Below, in pieces: positions 31,144-32,000 of a DNA stretch of 32,000 nt. Position 1 is the first letter of the stretch; every line of letters starts with the position of its first letter. Source of the DNA: Wallemia ichthyophaga EXF-994 (Eukaryota > Fungi > Basidiomycota). The DNA lies in contig NW_008806290.1 in NCBI RefSeq assembly GCF_000400465.1, positions 30,001-62,000 of the forward strand, given 5' to 3'. Made by a program: the position numbers and the translations under genes. The notes under the pieces are model-generated. The model had not been told where the DNA came from. It ran no database searches and was given only the letters and a program-made list of their open reading frames with translations.

Positions 31144-32000
31144 ATGAAATATATATCAACAAGTACAATTTTAGCAGCTCTTATGGCTTTAGGTACTTCA
31201 CTACCACATCAGAAACGATCAGTGGGAGATTTAGTCCGCGGAGTGAATCTCGGAGGTTTGTGAAAATATTCCGCGCCCGCACCAACTCACACTCCATACT
31301 CTATAGGTTTGTTTGTATTAGAGCCATGGATCACGCCGCAAGTATTTGACAGCACTGGTGACAGCCGAGTGATAGACGAATTTACATTCGGACAGTATGT
31401 AGATTCTGGGACAGCCGAGCAACTGATAACAAACCACCTCGACACTTTCATAACGCAAGATGATCTCACGCAGATCGCCGCAGCTGGTCTCAACGCCGTC
31501 CGCATTCCATTCCCACACTTCGCCATCAACCCTACTGCCGATGAACCTTTCTACGATTTCGGCCGTTTAAGCAAACTGAAGGAGGTAGTTGGATGGGCGC
31601 GCGATGCTGGTCTGCGCGTGTGGATTGATCTACACACCGCTCGCCAGTCCCAAAACGGTTTCGATAACTCAGGTCATAAAGGAGACGTGCTCTGGCATAC
31701 TGATCAGCAGAACGTTAATCTCGCTCTAGAAGCTATTACCACGCTCTCGACTGAGTTCTCCAAGCCTGAGTATGCTGGTGCTGTGGAAGTCGTTGAGCTG
31801 CTCAACGAGCCTGCCTCTTTCGCAAGCACCGCCGTCGATCCGGTCGTCCGCCAGTACTACTACGATGGCTATGGCCGCATAAATGAACAGAGTTCGGCTA
31901 TGGGTGTTGGCCTTCACGACGCTTTCGAAGAAATTTACGAATGGGATGGTTTCATGACTTCCCCACAGTTCGAGAATGTCTGGATGGATGTTCATAGGTA
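31144..32000 (+). CDS. Secreted GH5 exo-beta-1,3-glucanase-like protein (Exg1 type), 3' partial
   Basis: Signal peptide MKYISTSTILAALMALGTSLP, KR, RGVNLG|GLFVLEPWITP, AGLNAVRIP, WIDLH...SQNGFDNSG, acid/base motif LLNEP (about 31798-31812), HDAF, MDVH. The frame runs off the window end. Confidence 0.9.

Noticed and set aside
1-32000. Mobile elements, CRISPR arrays, rRNA, prokaryotic systems
   Set aside because: None seen. The window is intron-rich eukaryotic housekeeping sequence.

Overview
Very gene-dense fungal genomic DNA with many short (about 45-60 nt) GT-AG introns. The protein sequences look basidiomycete, and the compactness suggests a Wallemia-like genome (inference, not confirmed). 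The supplied ORF track ignores introns and uses TTG/GTG starts, so I rebuilt gene spans by hand from splice signals. I find 17 protein-coding genes, mostly housekeeping: a FAS1-domain protein, RRP42, a Pls1-type tetraspanin, eIF3g, TRS33, ADE6, JJJ1, EIF1AD, SQT1, NAT1/NAA15, an SREBP-type bHLH factor, MBF1, a Ral2/Mds3-like kelch-BTB protein, an uncharacterised Ser/Pro/Thr-rich protein, SSF1, PDA1 and a partial GH5 exo-beta-1,3-glucanase. The standout is at 18200-18276 (minus strand): a structurally complete tRNA-Thr(CGU) whose 3' half is encoded upstream of its 5' half. The halves are joined by a 4-nt linker, split at the canonical 37/38 intron position and followed by an oligo-T Pol III terminator. 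This is a circularly permuted tRNA gene, an arrangement I know from red and green algae, nucleomorphs and one archaeon, but not from fungi. Its leader carries an 8-nt complement of the trailer and an A-box-like element at normal spacing ahead of the B-box.
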